From NCBI GenBank assembly GCA_015680685.1, contig MNCI01001941.1, positions 672,252 to 736,251 on the forward strand: a stretch of 64,000 bases of DNA. Reading direction: 5' to 3'. Under the pieces are notes generated by a model that made no database searches, had not been told where the DNA came from, and saw only the letters and a program-made list of their open reading frames with translations. The translations under genes were made by a program, and so were the position numbers. Positions 26,990 through 40,647 of the stretch are shown here, one piece after another. The first letter of the stretch is position 1. Every line of letters starts with the position of its first letter. The DNA comes from Gnetum montanum. Taxonomy: Eukaryota > Plantae > Gnetophyta.

Positions 26990-29000
26990 TAGTATGGATT
27001 CAAGAGGGGTTTTGATTTGAAGGAAAATTAGATAAAAGTGAGATAGAGAAAGGTGGAGAAGTAGGGTTACCAACCACTAATGTATCTAAGGGCTTTGGTA
27101 AGCTATGAAGTTGAAAGAAGGATCTTTTCTTTGATCATGGTTCTGAATTTCTTGGTTGGTTAACTGGTTGTAGAGTAACTGCCCTCATAGCATTTCTTTG
27201 CTATAGTTGTGTAAGAAATTCACCCTGCATGGATGGAGTAGGTGGTAGCTATGTAGGATATGAAGGAGTAGGTGCAGGAATAGGAGGAGCATGAAGATAG
27301 TAGGTGGCATCCCTCCTTGGATAGGGTAGTTGGTACACTTCAGGAGGGTAGTGGTGAGGTTGGTAAGTGGCAACATGACCAGAGGAGTCCCATGGAGATG
27401 AAGGTTGCTGAACATAGTAACCATAGGGATCTGGTTGTCGGTAAGGGTACTACTATCTTGGAAGTGCCAATACTTACAATTGTGGTTGCTATCACTGCTG
27501 GTACAGTTCATAGGGTTCTAGTGAAGTTTTTCTTAGATAATACTTCTATGTTTGGTAGAACTATCAAGCGTTGCCTTATGAATAAGGTAATCGTTTGGGT
27601 GTTTGCCTTTGTGCAAGTTATGGATGTAAGGCATACACTCTAGATTCTTGAAAGTGTGACACAATTTGCAAACATCTGTTAGGATGTTCATACTGGCAAA
27701 TGTCACACCTGGCATCATCATCTAAGTCACTATCTACAACCATCTCTATCATAGCCATTTTACCCTTACACTTAGATATGGCTCATTCAACTTCCTTATT
27801 TCTCCAGTGCTCATGCTCACAACTTTGCTCCTTGGACTCTTCAGCAATTTTTAAGATAGCCTGAAACTTGTTGTTCATAGAGTTCCATAATTGGTTAACC
27901 TTAGCTGTGATTTCAAATTGAAATTTCTGGAATGGCAAGGTTTTCTAGTTAACCACCTCATCTCTGATTAACTCATCTTCACTGTCACAAAATTAAACAC
28001 CCCTTTTGTAGATAGAAGGATTCTTATTGTATTCCTATGCACTTTCTAGCTTTCTTAATTCTTCCTCCTCCTTGGCTACCTACTCAATTAACTTTTGGAT
28101 CTAACAGATGCTTAACTCTATCAATCTCCATTAGGCATAGATGCTAAGGGTTTTCCTTGTTTCAACCTGCAACCTTTCTATGATATGGTGAAGTTGATCA
28201 AGCTGAGAGTATCCATGGCTAGGACACCTATGCAATAGAGAATAATAACAACTAATAGTGGATCCAAGGGCTCTTGGTTTTTTTGTTTCCACCCTTGGAT
28301 TAGCTTCCTTAGATTGGACACTTGGGAGTGTATTTGATATTTGTCATTGAACAATTCCAACATCATACTTCACCACCTAATTGATTTTGGCTCCAAGGAC
28401 TAGTACCAATTTTCTACTTCCTTAATGAGTATCCTTAGAAATAATTTCAAATTCTACTAGCCATTCTCAATATTCTACAAGGAACATGCATCTTGGAAGT
28501 CCTAAAGATGATTCTTTGGATCAACATCATAGCCTCCCTCAAAACAAAGGATGTTGTTCATGTTCAACCTCCTTATTCTACTATCCTTTACATGCTTTGT
28601 TGGAATTCTCATAGCCTCTACAATGTTTAACATGTCCTGAGTGGCAAGTAGAGGTTCATCAAGGCCATGGTGATGGTGCCCATGATGTTTTCTACTATCA
28701 TGGTGATGCGTCTCCCTGGATTGCCCACACCTTCAGTCATGACTGGCCCAATAGTCCCTTTTGTTGTTTTGGTCCTATCAATCACCTCCATCACAATTAT
28801 GCCCTTTATAGCCATGATCTAAGCCAAATGAAGAAGAAGAAGAAGATGATGAAGGGGAAGAGAAAGGAGAACTTGCTCCATGCTGATGCTTATCATCCTT
28901 TCTTCAATGATCACGACCATGATCACGATCATGACCTCCTTTTTTCCTCTTATCATGACTTACCCCTCTAGATCCATTTTTTTGTTGGATCCATTTTGAC
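26990..29000 (-). pseudogene. Element C gag region
   Basis: Retrotransposon-gag-like segment (~28200-28560: FEGGYDVDP..HL, EKWY*SL, FNDKY) and Pro-rich linker; disrupted. Bounds approximate. Confidence 0.7.
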
Positions 29001-29654
29001 TAGAACCTGGATTATGAATTTTGGATTGCACATTCTAGTTGAGGCCCCTTGAACAAAGTCAAAGAGAGGAGAATCACAAAAGAAAAGGCCCCCAGAGAAG
29101 TGTTTGCCTCCATCCAATGGGCCAAGTAGAGGTGGAAAGGTATTTGATCCCATGCCCTTCACAATCTCATGTTGGTACTCTAGCTGATGATCCCTTAACC
29201 TTTGTGCTTCAGTGGGATGACAATCCCTTGAGTTGAGATCTCACATCTTGTGCTCTCCATGAAGATGTTGAAGTCTTTGTCATGTGAGAATTAGTTGGAG
29301 CATCACTGAAACAAATCAATCAAGTGGCAACACAATGTTTCCTTCAATGTCACACAACTGTAGCATTTCATCTTGATGTAAGATGAAGGTGAAGTCTGGT
29401 ACATACTCATCGAGATGAGCATATACCACCCGGTATTACTAAGGCACCTAGTCTACTCTAGGTGGAGAAAGGCTTCTATGAGAAGAAGACATTTTATGTT
29501 AATGAATTTATATGAAATGTGTGGTTAAGATTCAATTTAATTGTAATAATAATTTTTTTTTACAAGATTTGACTCTTAAAATTCAAACAATGAGGTTACT
29601 AAGTTTTACTTAGTTTAGAACACGTAGAACTAAAGTCTTCGAAAATGATGTCAA

Positions 29655-30524
29655 TGATGAGCGGCAAGGTACCCCAATGCCCAACCATACAAATTACAGG
29701 TGTTCACATGTGATCTAGTCAAATTCCATAAACTTTAATTACTAAGTATGCTAGAGCTAAACAATGCATGCATGTTGTTTGTTCAGTTTCTTCCAAGTCC
29801 CACTTGTGAAATGCAATTGTATGGTTAAGTGTGACTAAGGTGTAATATTTTTATTATTTTGTGTTTTATTAATTTACTTACCTAGAACAAGAATGAAAGA
29901 GAGAGTAATTAAGTGCTAAGTAAGCTATGGTATAATCTAGCCTAACACAAGTAACCATTCCTACTTCTTGGACACATTCTGAACTTTGTGTAAACACTAC
30001 TGGGTTGTCAAATGCTAACTGTTTCCGAGCTACCAAGTGTTACACGTATGTTGGAAGGGGTTGTGCTTGTGTATTTTAATGAGTTTCTTAATTGATCAAA
30101 ATTAATTGTTGCATGAATAACATTAATGTAAATTGCATGAAATCACAATATATAAATGCATAAGAAAGAAAGTCTCAAGTGTTGCAAGGATGAATCAAAG
30201 AGCTCATCTTTATTGCCAACACAATGATGTGTTTAGGTACATCAATGCTTGAATAAATATTTTATCACACTTAGACCTCTTGTTGCAGGTAGTTGGAAAA
30301 ATATTCTAACTCTCAAATAAACAAACTACAAGAGTTTTGCTACATGACTGCCAAAAACTACTCTCAATTGTGTGCCTAGGAGCTGTATTTATAGACCCAA
30401 AAGTAACCCTACGATATCGAATGTACAATATTGCATCTTGGGACATAATATTGTGTACTTGATATTGTATACCCAATATCATAGTCACTCTGATATCAGA
30501 ATGTATGAAAAACATGATTCATCA
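29655..30524 (-). repeat. Element C 5' LTR
   Basis: TGATGA...TCATCA termini; pairs with 20457-21319. Confidence 0.92.
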
Positions 30525-30529
30525 CATGT

Positions 30530-31210
30530 GCATTAATTTTTGAAAATGGAACTCACTTTATAGGAACTACCTTTTGGAAGCTCATGTAATGCTTAGGGGT
30601 TGAACATAAACTCACAACACCTTACAACCCCCAAGCCAATGGTCAAGATAAGGTTACCAATAGGGAAATCATAAAGATTCTAACAAGAACTATCAGCAAA
30701 TATAGGAAATATTGGAGCATGAAACTCAACGATGCCCTTTGGACCTATTGCTCAACATGGAAACTTCCTATAGGCTATTATCCCTATGAGCTGGTGTATG
30801 AAAAATTACCAACACTTCTTATTCAATCCAACCTCTGTACACTTTCAACAACCTATGACCTTGACCTTGACTTGAGTCTATCAAAAAAATAAAGATTAAT
30901 AAATTTCAACTTGCTAGATGAAAATTGATTGGTGGCCCTATCATCTAACGAGTTGCACAAGGCATTTGTCAAAAAGCACCATGACCTTAAAATTAGAAAA
31001 GTCAAATTTTAATTGAGAGATAAGGTCCTCTACTGGAATCCCATACATGTACCTCAACAAACTAAGTTTTCATCATTGTGGGAAGGACTTTATATAAGTT
31101 ATGAAATTTTTCCTTCTGGGGCCATGATGATCTACAAACTTGAGAGACCAAACAAGAAATAGTTGGTCAACATATAACAAGTCAAAACTTTCCATAAGCA
31201 TATGCCAGCT
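30530..31210 (+). pseudogene. Element B integrase C-part
   Basis: ENGTHF, TTPYNPQANGQ, LNDALWTY, PYELVY, LWEGLY; resumes after the C insertion. Confidence 0.9.
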
Positions 31211-33253
31211 AATACAACAAACATCTCATTGGATGGACAACCACGCTCAATATTTTGGATCTCCTCCTTTCAACTTAGTTATGGGGGAGATGGCCATCCA
31301 TGCTAACTATATAAATGGCTCCTTAGTTTTTCATCATTTTGCTTTACACCTTGTTACTTTTACAACTTTTTATTTTACACAATTTTTATCTTACACCTTT
31401 TTGTTTTATGTTATTAATTTTTCAAAAGTTTTTGTTTTAGAAAATCATTAGTATGTGTTATTTTTCTTAAATATTTTACACATATTTTTCTTTATTTTGG
31501 ATGTGATTTTCTTATTATGTTTTAATAATAACGTGTTGTGTTACCAACTAAGTATATTGTGTTTAATTGATGTAGGCATGTGCTATCTGGTTATTTGATT
31601 GTTGGTGTTTGGATTCTAGCTTTGAATTTTGTTACTGATAATTAGGACATGGTTTCTTTTTCATGCAATAGGCAGTGAGTCCACATCATCCACCCATTTA
31701 CAAACTCTATGGTTTTCCTTGATTTGGAAGTGTGTAGTCTCTTTTTCATTAATAAAACTTTATGAAGTTATGACTTTGGTATTTTTTGGACCTAGAAAGG
31801 ATTCAAGGGTTTGAATAGGGTGTGACCTCAAGGGAATTTGATATTCTTGATGCCTTTTTGCTTACTTGGATGCATGTTTGTTTTCATGGATTCCTTACTA
31901 TTTTGTGTCGAACAATAACAGGAAGTTGAATAAGTCTTTGCATGGTGTGGTTCTCATCATAAAAAATGATGGGAATTTAAAACAAACCTCTTAGATAAAA
32001 TAAATAGGCTACAAGAATTAGTTATGGAACTAGAAAGACATGTTACCCATGCCTGAAGGTCCCCTCTAACTAAGGCCCTTCCTCACTTCCTACTTCTCTT
32101 TTCTTCTCTAATAAGGAATGGTGGCTTTCTTCTGTGATCACTCTTGTGTCTTAGGGGTGGGGTTGGGGTGGGGGGGGGGGGGGGTACTAGTCTTACAATG
32201 GGGATGTGAAGTCACTGAATGTGGTTAGTTTTGGTCTGAACTAAGGATGGATCTTATCAAGTTATTTAACCATAAAATTCATAAGGGACTTCATGTGAAC
32301 TTAATCAAAAACTCCATTCCACACACTCTCTCTCATCCATCTATGCTTTTCATGTCTCACCTCATTGCTAGTTTTATGTTCTTGTTCAATGTCCTAGTTT
32401 GATGTGTCAAAATTCTTAGGCAATTTCATTAGGGGTTTTTTTCTTCAACTCTCTATAACCATTAATCATCCATAGATCCCATGGACTCCTCAAGTTAAAG
32501 TTATGCAAGGGTAGTAAAAGGCTTGTGTCTACTTTGGGGAGGACCCACTTGCATATCTTTTGGTTGGGTTAGTTAAGGTTTTTACCCTTATACATTATCA
32601 TAATAAAATCCTTATGCATGCCTCATCAATGACATCCAATTATGTGCATCTTCATAATGTTTTTTGAGTGTTGTACTCTTTTCATTTGCTAAGAATTCTT
32701 AAACCCTCTTTCAGCATTTCATCATGTTTGGAATTTTTCAAATTTAACAATGGATGCATCCACTTTACCTATTTTTCAACTTTCCTACTAACATTATTAA
32801 CAAAATCAATCCACCACAATCACAACCTCACCAAGTGTAACCACCAATGAGACAAGGTATTTCAAAGCTATTCATTACACATTGCACACTAATCCATGAT
32901 TTTGTTGTGATTACATTGGAAAGCATGGACTAGAAGCAAGATTGTTTTCATCATAGGAAAAGTAGTAGCACCATGTGATTAGGACTATTCATGATCATTG
33001 AATCTTTTTCCTCGCTCTTCAGCTACTAGAGGAGTTGGATGTCAGTTTTGTCTAGGGTGTTTACTTTTCTTATCATGAAAATCCAATTTTATAAAATATT
33101 ATAAATTTGTAAACTTGGGCACTCAAAGTCTATTTGTCCCATTTGAGTTAGTTTGTGTGTTATTTAATAATCTCATACCTACCTAATATTTTGTAAGGAA
33201 CTTGTTTCTTCTCTTTTTCACTTGAGGATGAGTTTTCATTTAGTTGTGGGGTA

Positions 33254-34111
33254 TGATAAATCATGTTTTGACATGCTTCAATATTAGATATGTGATATTA
33301 AAGCCATGATATCGAATACCCGATTTTAGGCCCCAAGATGCAATGTTGAATATTTGATATTGTAGGATATATTCCACCCTATAAATATAGCACTTAGGCT
33401 CATGATTTTCATATAGTTTTTTTTGTTAATTTTTGCAAAGTAATGAAGTTCTTGCAATTTAGTCATTTCAGAGTTAGAATATTTTTGAGTACCCATAGTA
33501 GGAGATTGACTATGTATAGGAGTTTATTTGAGCACTAATGTACTTGAGCATAGTAGTGTGACGGGAATAAAGATGAGCTCTTTTGATAATCCTTGTAGCA
33601 CTAAGAATATATTAATGTTTTTCTAATGCATTTATTGTTCATGCACTTTACTTTAATGCATGTTAATTAGGCAGTTAATTTTCAATTGTTAATGAACACA
33701 AGCACAACCACTTTGAGCATACGTGTAGCACTTGGTAACCCAAAAATGCTTAACATTTGGTAACCTAGCAGCACTACATGAATTGAAGATACGTCTAGGG
33801 AGTGGGAACAAGTACTTGTGCTAGGCTAGCTAGGTAGTAGATAAATTAAATATCAAATTACTTTACCCTCTATTTTTGCTCTAGGTGATTAAATTTATAA
33901 AACATAAAATGATAAAAATAATATAACTTAGTTGCACTTAACCATAAACTTGTACCTCATGAGTGGAATTGAGAAGACAACAATCATTTTGATTAGATTT
34001 CACTTCCTAGAACTAGTGTACTTGGGAACTTAATGTCTATGGAGTTCATAGATCATGTGTACACAATTCTGATTCATATGGTTGGGTGTAGGGGTACCTT
34101 ACTGCTTAACA
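33254..34111 (+). repeat. Element B 3' LTR
   Basis: TGATAAATCATG...CTTAACA, preceded by PPT-like TTAGTTGTGGGGTA; related to the reverse complement of the C LTRs; TATAAATA ~33380. Confidence 0.9.
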
Positions 34112-37100
34112 CTTATTTATGAGTTCCCCTAATGATTTGGCTATTTTGGAAATATTCTTCATAAATTATTGGTAGAATCAAGTGTGTTCAAGGAATGACT
34201 ACACATCTTGCACTATTTTAGTCCTTTACATGATTTCTTAGATTACCTTTATCTTCTTAGGATGCACTTCAATTTCCTTATCTAAAATATAATACCCTAT
34301 GACAATGTCATTCTAGGTCATTAGTAACAAATTCTTCTATTAAGCTTTAAATTTAATTTAATATGCAATTTAAGCACATGCTCTAATCGTCTAGTATCTA
34401 TTTACAAATACAATCATAAGTAGAAAATTCATACAAAAATACTTCTACAACATTGTAAATCTATTTCTAAAACATGCTAAGGATGAGACATTAAAAGGTT
34501 AAAGCACTATTACACAAGCCAAAGTGCATATTTTTATATGTGAATCTTCCTAATGGACTCATGAAGATTGTTTTAACTTTCTCTTATAGAATAATTTGGT
34601 TATGCCCACTATAATCATTCAAGAATCTATGGCACTTATATCCTACAATTGTATCTAGTACTTTGTCAACAAATAGTAATGGAAAGTGGTCCTTGAATGT
34701 TACCATATTCAATAGCCTAATATATATGAAATTCCACCACATTTCTCCTTTCTTTGAAAAAATTACTAGTGAGCTAATCCACATACTATCCACCATAGGA
34801 TAAAGAACCTTGCTTTGAGGAGCTTCTTAGTCTCCTACTTGATAATCTATTTAATCTTGGAATTTATCATATACTATGATTAGTGCTTAGGCTTCTTTAC
34901 AAGATTGTTGTGTATGTGGTGTTTGCAAATATGTGGATCAATATTTCTAATATCATTAGAAGATAAAGTAAAGGTTATTGATCATTTATTGAACACTTGG
35001 AGAAACTTCTAATTTTTTCTTTAATTATTTGAGCATGAATAATTATCATTTTTTTTTATTTTTAAGAAATACACACTTAAGGAACTTTAGTAATATCTTT
35101 AATTCTCTCAATTCAGACATTGAGTCTTTAGAAATTTACAAATCTCTTTGATAAATGACATGTTCATACATGTAACCTACATGAAAGAGCTGTGATTGTA
35201 TCTATTACATCTCTTTAAGCTTATAAAAAAAAGAGCTTATAAGTATTTTTTCTATTTCATATAAATTTTATACATGTAGCTATCCTTTTCTATTAAACAT
35301 TAGATGCCTTCTTGCTTGATTTCTACAACATACATGTCCGTTTGCACATACATTTCTTCCATTTAATTATTGCATGTTAGTATTTTTAATTATTTTAAAA
35401 TCCATACTTTCTACACATATGTGCATCTTGTGTCATTGTACAAGATTCATGAAACTCATTACTTCTTCATAATGTCATGTTCATTTTCCTTTGTAATCTC
35501 TAAGGAAAGATTTTTAATTTCTAACTTTGCTTCCATACTACTAAGTCATGTCCTTCTCATGAAAATGGAAAAATATTATTTATTTTTGCTAACATAGATA
35601 ACTTGAAAAAATATACAAGGTAAGATCACCCACTAATGATGGCTATCACACCATCATCCATGCATATAGGAATAGTGATGGATTGATTTGCAAGCTTTGA
35701 ACAAATGTTATTTTATATATTAGAATCAAGTTTCAAGCTTTGTACATTTTTTGAAAGATGCAATTCATGAAAAAACATAAATATAGAAGAGCTTTATAGG
35801 GGATACACTTTTGATTTTATATAAATAGATTATCAAACTTTCTAGATCTGTTCTTTTCTTGAGTAGAGTTCTTTCTTTAATCCAGTCAGTTACAACATGT
35901 GTAAACATAATAGTATAAATCTTTCAATCAAGAACAATGATGACTATTTTCTCATGCATGAAAATGAGTGGTATGAAAGTTGTGAAGAAATAAGTTACTT
36001 TACATAAGCCTTTCACTAGACCTCATTGGCTAGCTAGTCTACTAGCTTCTTCCAGAGATGTGAGAACCATCTTACAAAAGAATCACATCCTACATCTTCA
36101 TTAGAATATAAATATATAACCTTCTCTACTATATATTTATCTTCCTTTAGTAAATATCCAAACTTGTTTCTTTTTAATTTTTTCTTATCCTTATCTTGAT
36201 CTCTACCTCTAGTCTATTCTACTCATTCTTTCATAATTTTCAATGTAGACTAAAAATTTTCATCTAAAGAATCCCATATTTTTTGTACATTCAATGCTAT
36301 TCCAATGAGATATTTCTACATAAGAAAATTCTTCTATGAAACCACCTTATCAACTAGTATCTCTTCTTCCTAGTAATCATGTATCTACACCTTTTTCTTG
36401 TTAAGGTATGGGTTCTAATTATACTCATCTATGTTCTTCTTACTTCGTAGTTCTTCTTCTTCTATAGCCACTTGTTAAATAAGACTTTTTATCAAATGGG
36501 ATTTGATCTCTAAGAGCTTTCCTTTTGCATAGATATCAAGGATCTTTCTCATTCTATTTTGTGGTCCATCTATCATGTGAGAAAACCCATGGTTTAACAT
36601 CTATGAAAGAAGAAATGTTATCAATGCAAAGCTAGGAATCTATAGGTATTAATAAGAAAATTTTTAATATCTGCAACTTATTTTCTATGTTTTGTAAGGC
36701 ATAGGCATCATAAAGGATTTGTATATAATATTGGAGATTATAATTTTAGTATCTCTCAAACTTAAGAATATTGTTCATGTCAATCTATTTGCTGTAACTT
36801 TTCATTTGATGCCTGTGAGATATTCTAATTGCTTTTCTAATTTGGATAATGTTTTTTAATACCAAAATGGGTTCATTGTAATAATTATCAGAAGTATCAT
36901 AATCATAATTATGATCCCTCTTTGCTCTAACATTATGCTTTCTTCTATGTATCCTTTCTTATCATTTATCATTATTTTAATCTATATTTCTATCTCCATA
37001 TAGATCTCAACTAGGATATCTACTATGATTTTTTTGATCATGTATCATTGGTTTTCTATCTTAGGTTGTTCCGCCATATCTACACTCATTATTGTTAGAG

Positions 37101-37300
37101 CTTAATGATAAAAATAATGAGAAAGATGAAAAACTTGAAGAGTCATGTTAGCTTTCTCTAATTTGATAGTTTTTTTTGGTCTTGTACCCTCTATCTACTA
37201 GAGTTTATAGGCCTTAAGATTATCCTTGTTCTAGAATGTATTACATATCCTTGAAGAATGCTTACTAAGATTGAATGTAACCTTGTATTATATAGATTAC
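34112..37300 (-). mobile_element. Element A: gag, protease and RT remnants
   Basis: MVDSMWISSLV, FKDHFPLLFVDKVLD, FLNDYSGHNQI; protease- and gag-like remnants colinear with element C. Distal end approximate. Confidence 0.8.
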
Positions 37301-37399
37301 CAACATTGTATATGTAATAATGTTGGAGTTTACACCTTTTTGACTAGTAGTCAATGTCCTTTCTTTGATACTAGGATGTTATAATGATAGATAGCTTAG

Positions 37400-39650
37400 A
37401 TTAAAATGGTAGTACTTATAAAAAAAATATAAATTATTGAAATCTAAGAATGTCAAGAAAAATATAACTAGCAATGTAGTAGGCATCCTTAAAAGTAGGT
37501 GTAAATATGTACAAAGATACTATAAATGATAAGTAAAAATTTTGATACAATATCAATGGTCCCTTTGTATGATACCTAACCTATACACCATGGAATGATA
37601 GTTTGATGCATTAATGTCCAAGGAAAATTTTACAAATCCAAATTTAATAACAAAAAATTATATTATATGATAGACATAATTCAATCACATCAAGCCATTG
37701 GTCTCTATCATGATGAAAACTTAAAAAATATAGTTAGATATCATTGTTACCAAATTAATTACAAAAAATAAAGTTAGACCTATAAAAAAGATAGGTAAGT
37801 ACAAAATCCATGCTATGAACCAAAGGTTATTACATAGTACAAAAATACTAGTTGAATCATTAAACTTATAGAAAGACAAAAAAACTTCCAACTAAAATGA
37901 AATAATAGAAAAGGCATAAAAACTAAATCTAAGGATTCACTTATTTAACTTTCTCATCATTAAAACTAATTGAAACATGAATAAGACAAAAGACATAAGA
38001 CAAGAACATAAGTATTTTAATTAGGAATATGGGACAAGTAGTTAATAGCTAAATAGCTAAGATTAATGAATTATTGATGCAAAATGAGAAAGAAATAGAT
38101 AGATTAAAAGAAGAAGTAAAAGACTTTAAGTATGTAAATAAAAAACTTAGAGCTATGAGCATAATTAAGAACTTACTTCTTGAAAAAAAAGAATAGAATA
38201 TGGTACAGTTAGAAGAAAAGTTGGCTATTGTGAGCTATAATTAGAATAATCCAAGAAGGTTAAATCTCTAGATCTTTCTTATTTTTTGCAGCCAATTTTT
38301 TAATAATTAATAGTTAAACTTAGCTATAAAAAGGAATGGATGCATGAAACTCAAGTTGAGAATGAAAAAGCTAAGAAAAGCCAAGTCATTTTTGTCCAAA
38401 TGGATCACAGAGCTCAAGATTTGGTTAGAATGGCTATATAGAAAAAGAGAAGAATTTCCACCATATATAAGAATATTTTAGACAATATGATGATTGTAGT
38501 TACAGAATAATGATAGAGGTTAATCAAAAGAAGTTAGAGTTGAAACCAATATGTTCAACTACAGGAGATACATTAAATAAGATAACTGATGTATTAACTG
38601 AATTAGGTGCCACAAAAATAGAAGTTAAAGATATTATTAAGAAACTTGATAACATAGAGTTAGATACATTAACTTAATTCATAAGAATTTTACTTAATCA
38701 TGGAAGATTAGCTTAATAGTTACTAATAGACTAGCTCTAGATCTAGAAAATTAAAAAAGCTTAACAGAAGGTTGAACAATTGTCTAACAATTTGTTGCTC
38801 TATGAGGAAAACATGAGATTAATTAAACCATGATTTGGTAACAATTGTAGCAACTAAAAGCTATTATATAAAGCTTTGAGAAAATTTTTAAAATGGAAGT
38901 AGGATCATAAAAAAGCTTGTAAAATACTATTTTTCTTAAGGACATCTTGAAATAGGTTCTTCTTTTCTATTTTAGCTTTCCTCTCAATTTGTCATTTTAT
39001 AAGTTAGTTTCTTTTACTTGTTTCACTAAATTTGCACATAAATATGCTTTAGTAGATAAAGGATTTGGGTATAAGGTATTTTCTTAAGATACTAAGTTTT
39101 AGCTTATTTTTGTTATTCTTATTAAACAGAATAGCTTTTTCATGTTTTGAATGAGATTAATATAGAATTAAATTTTTTTTTGTTTAAATTTGAGATTTAT
39201 TAATAAAATTTAAATCTCAAATTATTGCTCTATATAGCATTACTTTTTCAAATTACAACTTTTGTAAAGTGTGTTAGCAGATAATTCAAATTCATAAAAT
39301 GACAAGTTCTATAGAATTGTTTATTTAGTGTTGTAGCTACATGAAATTTAAAATTCAATAAAAAAATGCCACTTAAAATAGATAGTTAGAATTGAGAAAT
39401 AGTTAAAAGAGAAAGCACATTATCATCTATATATATAGATAATATTGAAGCTTTGGATAAGTAAGTTAAAATAGATTTAGCCATATTTATCTTAATTTAA
39501 AATAAAAAAAGCTATTTGGAGGTATCTGTGCCTTGGTGAAACTAGAGATCAACTACCATCTAAAATGAGCAACCAAACTATTTTGTACAAGGTCATAATC
39601 CTACACCAACACATACATAAAGGTTGGTAAAAAAGAAAACATCAAGAGTT
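37400..39650 (+). mobile_element. Decayed retroelement 3' segment: integrase-tail-like motif followed by coiled-coil-like ORF remnants
   Basis: NGPFV motif (~37555); E/K/L-rich heptad-like reading segments at 38060-38880; many stops. Confidence 0.35.
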
Positions 39651-39698
39651 CAAATTTCCAGGATATTGAGTGGTAATCTGTATCTTAGGTAGGGTTGT

Positions 39699-40647
39699 TG
39701 GTCTAGAGACATCTCTTTTGAATCCCTTGTTCTCTTTCCTATGTGTGGTTTCTACAAGTTTTGGCCTCTATGGAGACATCTTGGAGGTCAAGGAGATATC
39801 TTGTTCAAGAGCTAGGACTTCACAAGAGACATCGAGTATATGCATAAGATGTCTTTGCCAAGAGATGTGTCTTTGTAGAAGATGTTTCATATTGGAAAAG
39901 AGACCTATTGAACATTATAAAGACATCTCTCTAGAGTGAAGATGTATTAGAGGAGATGTCTCCGAAACTACCAAAATATCCCAGGTAAGACATCTCATCT
40001 AGGAGGAGATGTCTCATCCATGAAGAAGATGTCTCTTTTAAAAGTATGATCTTGATAGAAGATGACTTGAGAAGACTAGAGATGATCCATATGACCATGG
40101 AACTTTCAAAATTTCTCATTCTAATTTGAGAAAAAGTTGGAAGAAGGTGGAAAAAGATAAAAACATCATGGAATCTTGAAGTTAAGCTTGAGGAAGCTTT
40201 TCTAGTCTTTTTTTCTTACTATGTCAATAAGTATAGGTTGTGTCTCATACTTGTATCACCATGAGATCTCATGAGATCTTATGAAAGAACATGAAAAGAG
40301 TACATAAGTTTGTATGTAGCTCTTCGTCAATTATGGATTTTGTCCTAGTATCTCGTATGTGCTTTTGAGTTAAGATCGTAGACTTGGATTATTGAAGAGA
40401 TTCTCTATTGGTTGTATCTTGCATTGAGAATAGCTATTCTATGGTTGTAGAGCCTCATGCTCTATAGTATTATTTTATTGAGAGAGAGGTTATGTTTGAA
40501 TGTTTTATGGGTTGTTGAATCCTATTGTAATCTCTTACAATAATTAAAGATAACAAGTTTTCTAGAAAATTAATTATCTTTTCATAATATTTATATTTTG
40601 TGTTAGAAGCTAATTTAATATCAAATTAAACCTTCCCAAAATAATTA
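39699..40647 (+). repeat. Element D 5' LTR
   Basis: Homologous to 42942-43854 and 46119-46831; ends approximate. Confidence 0.8.

Larger units (their letters stand above)
20457..30524 (-). mobile_element. Element C: full-length but decayed Athila-like Gypsy inserted in the integrase of B
   Basis: LTRs at 29655-30524 and 20457-21319; degenerate Asp-type PBS (~29635-29654); PPT (~21320-21333); TSD CACAT/CATGT; gag-PR-RT-RH-INT on minus strand. Confidence 0.93.
17716..34111 (+). mobile_element. Element B: Athila-like Gypsy inserted in A, 5' LTR and gag deleted, interrupted by element C
   Basis: Exact TSD CTTAT (17711-15 / 34112-16). Starts TGATGAATCATGTTTTGACATG like its 3' LTR at 33254. Domain order PR-RT-RH-INT. 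Confidence 0.9.

Noticed and set aside
39187-39223. 13-bp inverted repeat as a MITE or terminator
   Set aside because: Very AT-rich, short, and no TSD; not distinguishable from background.
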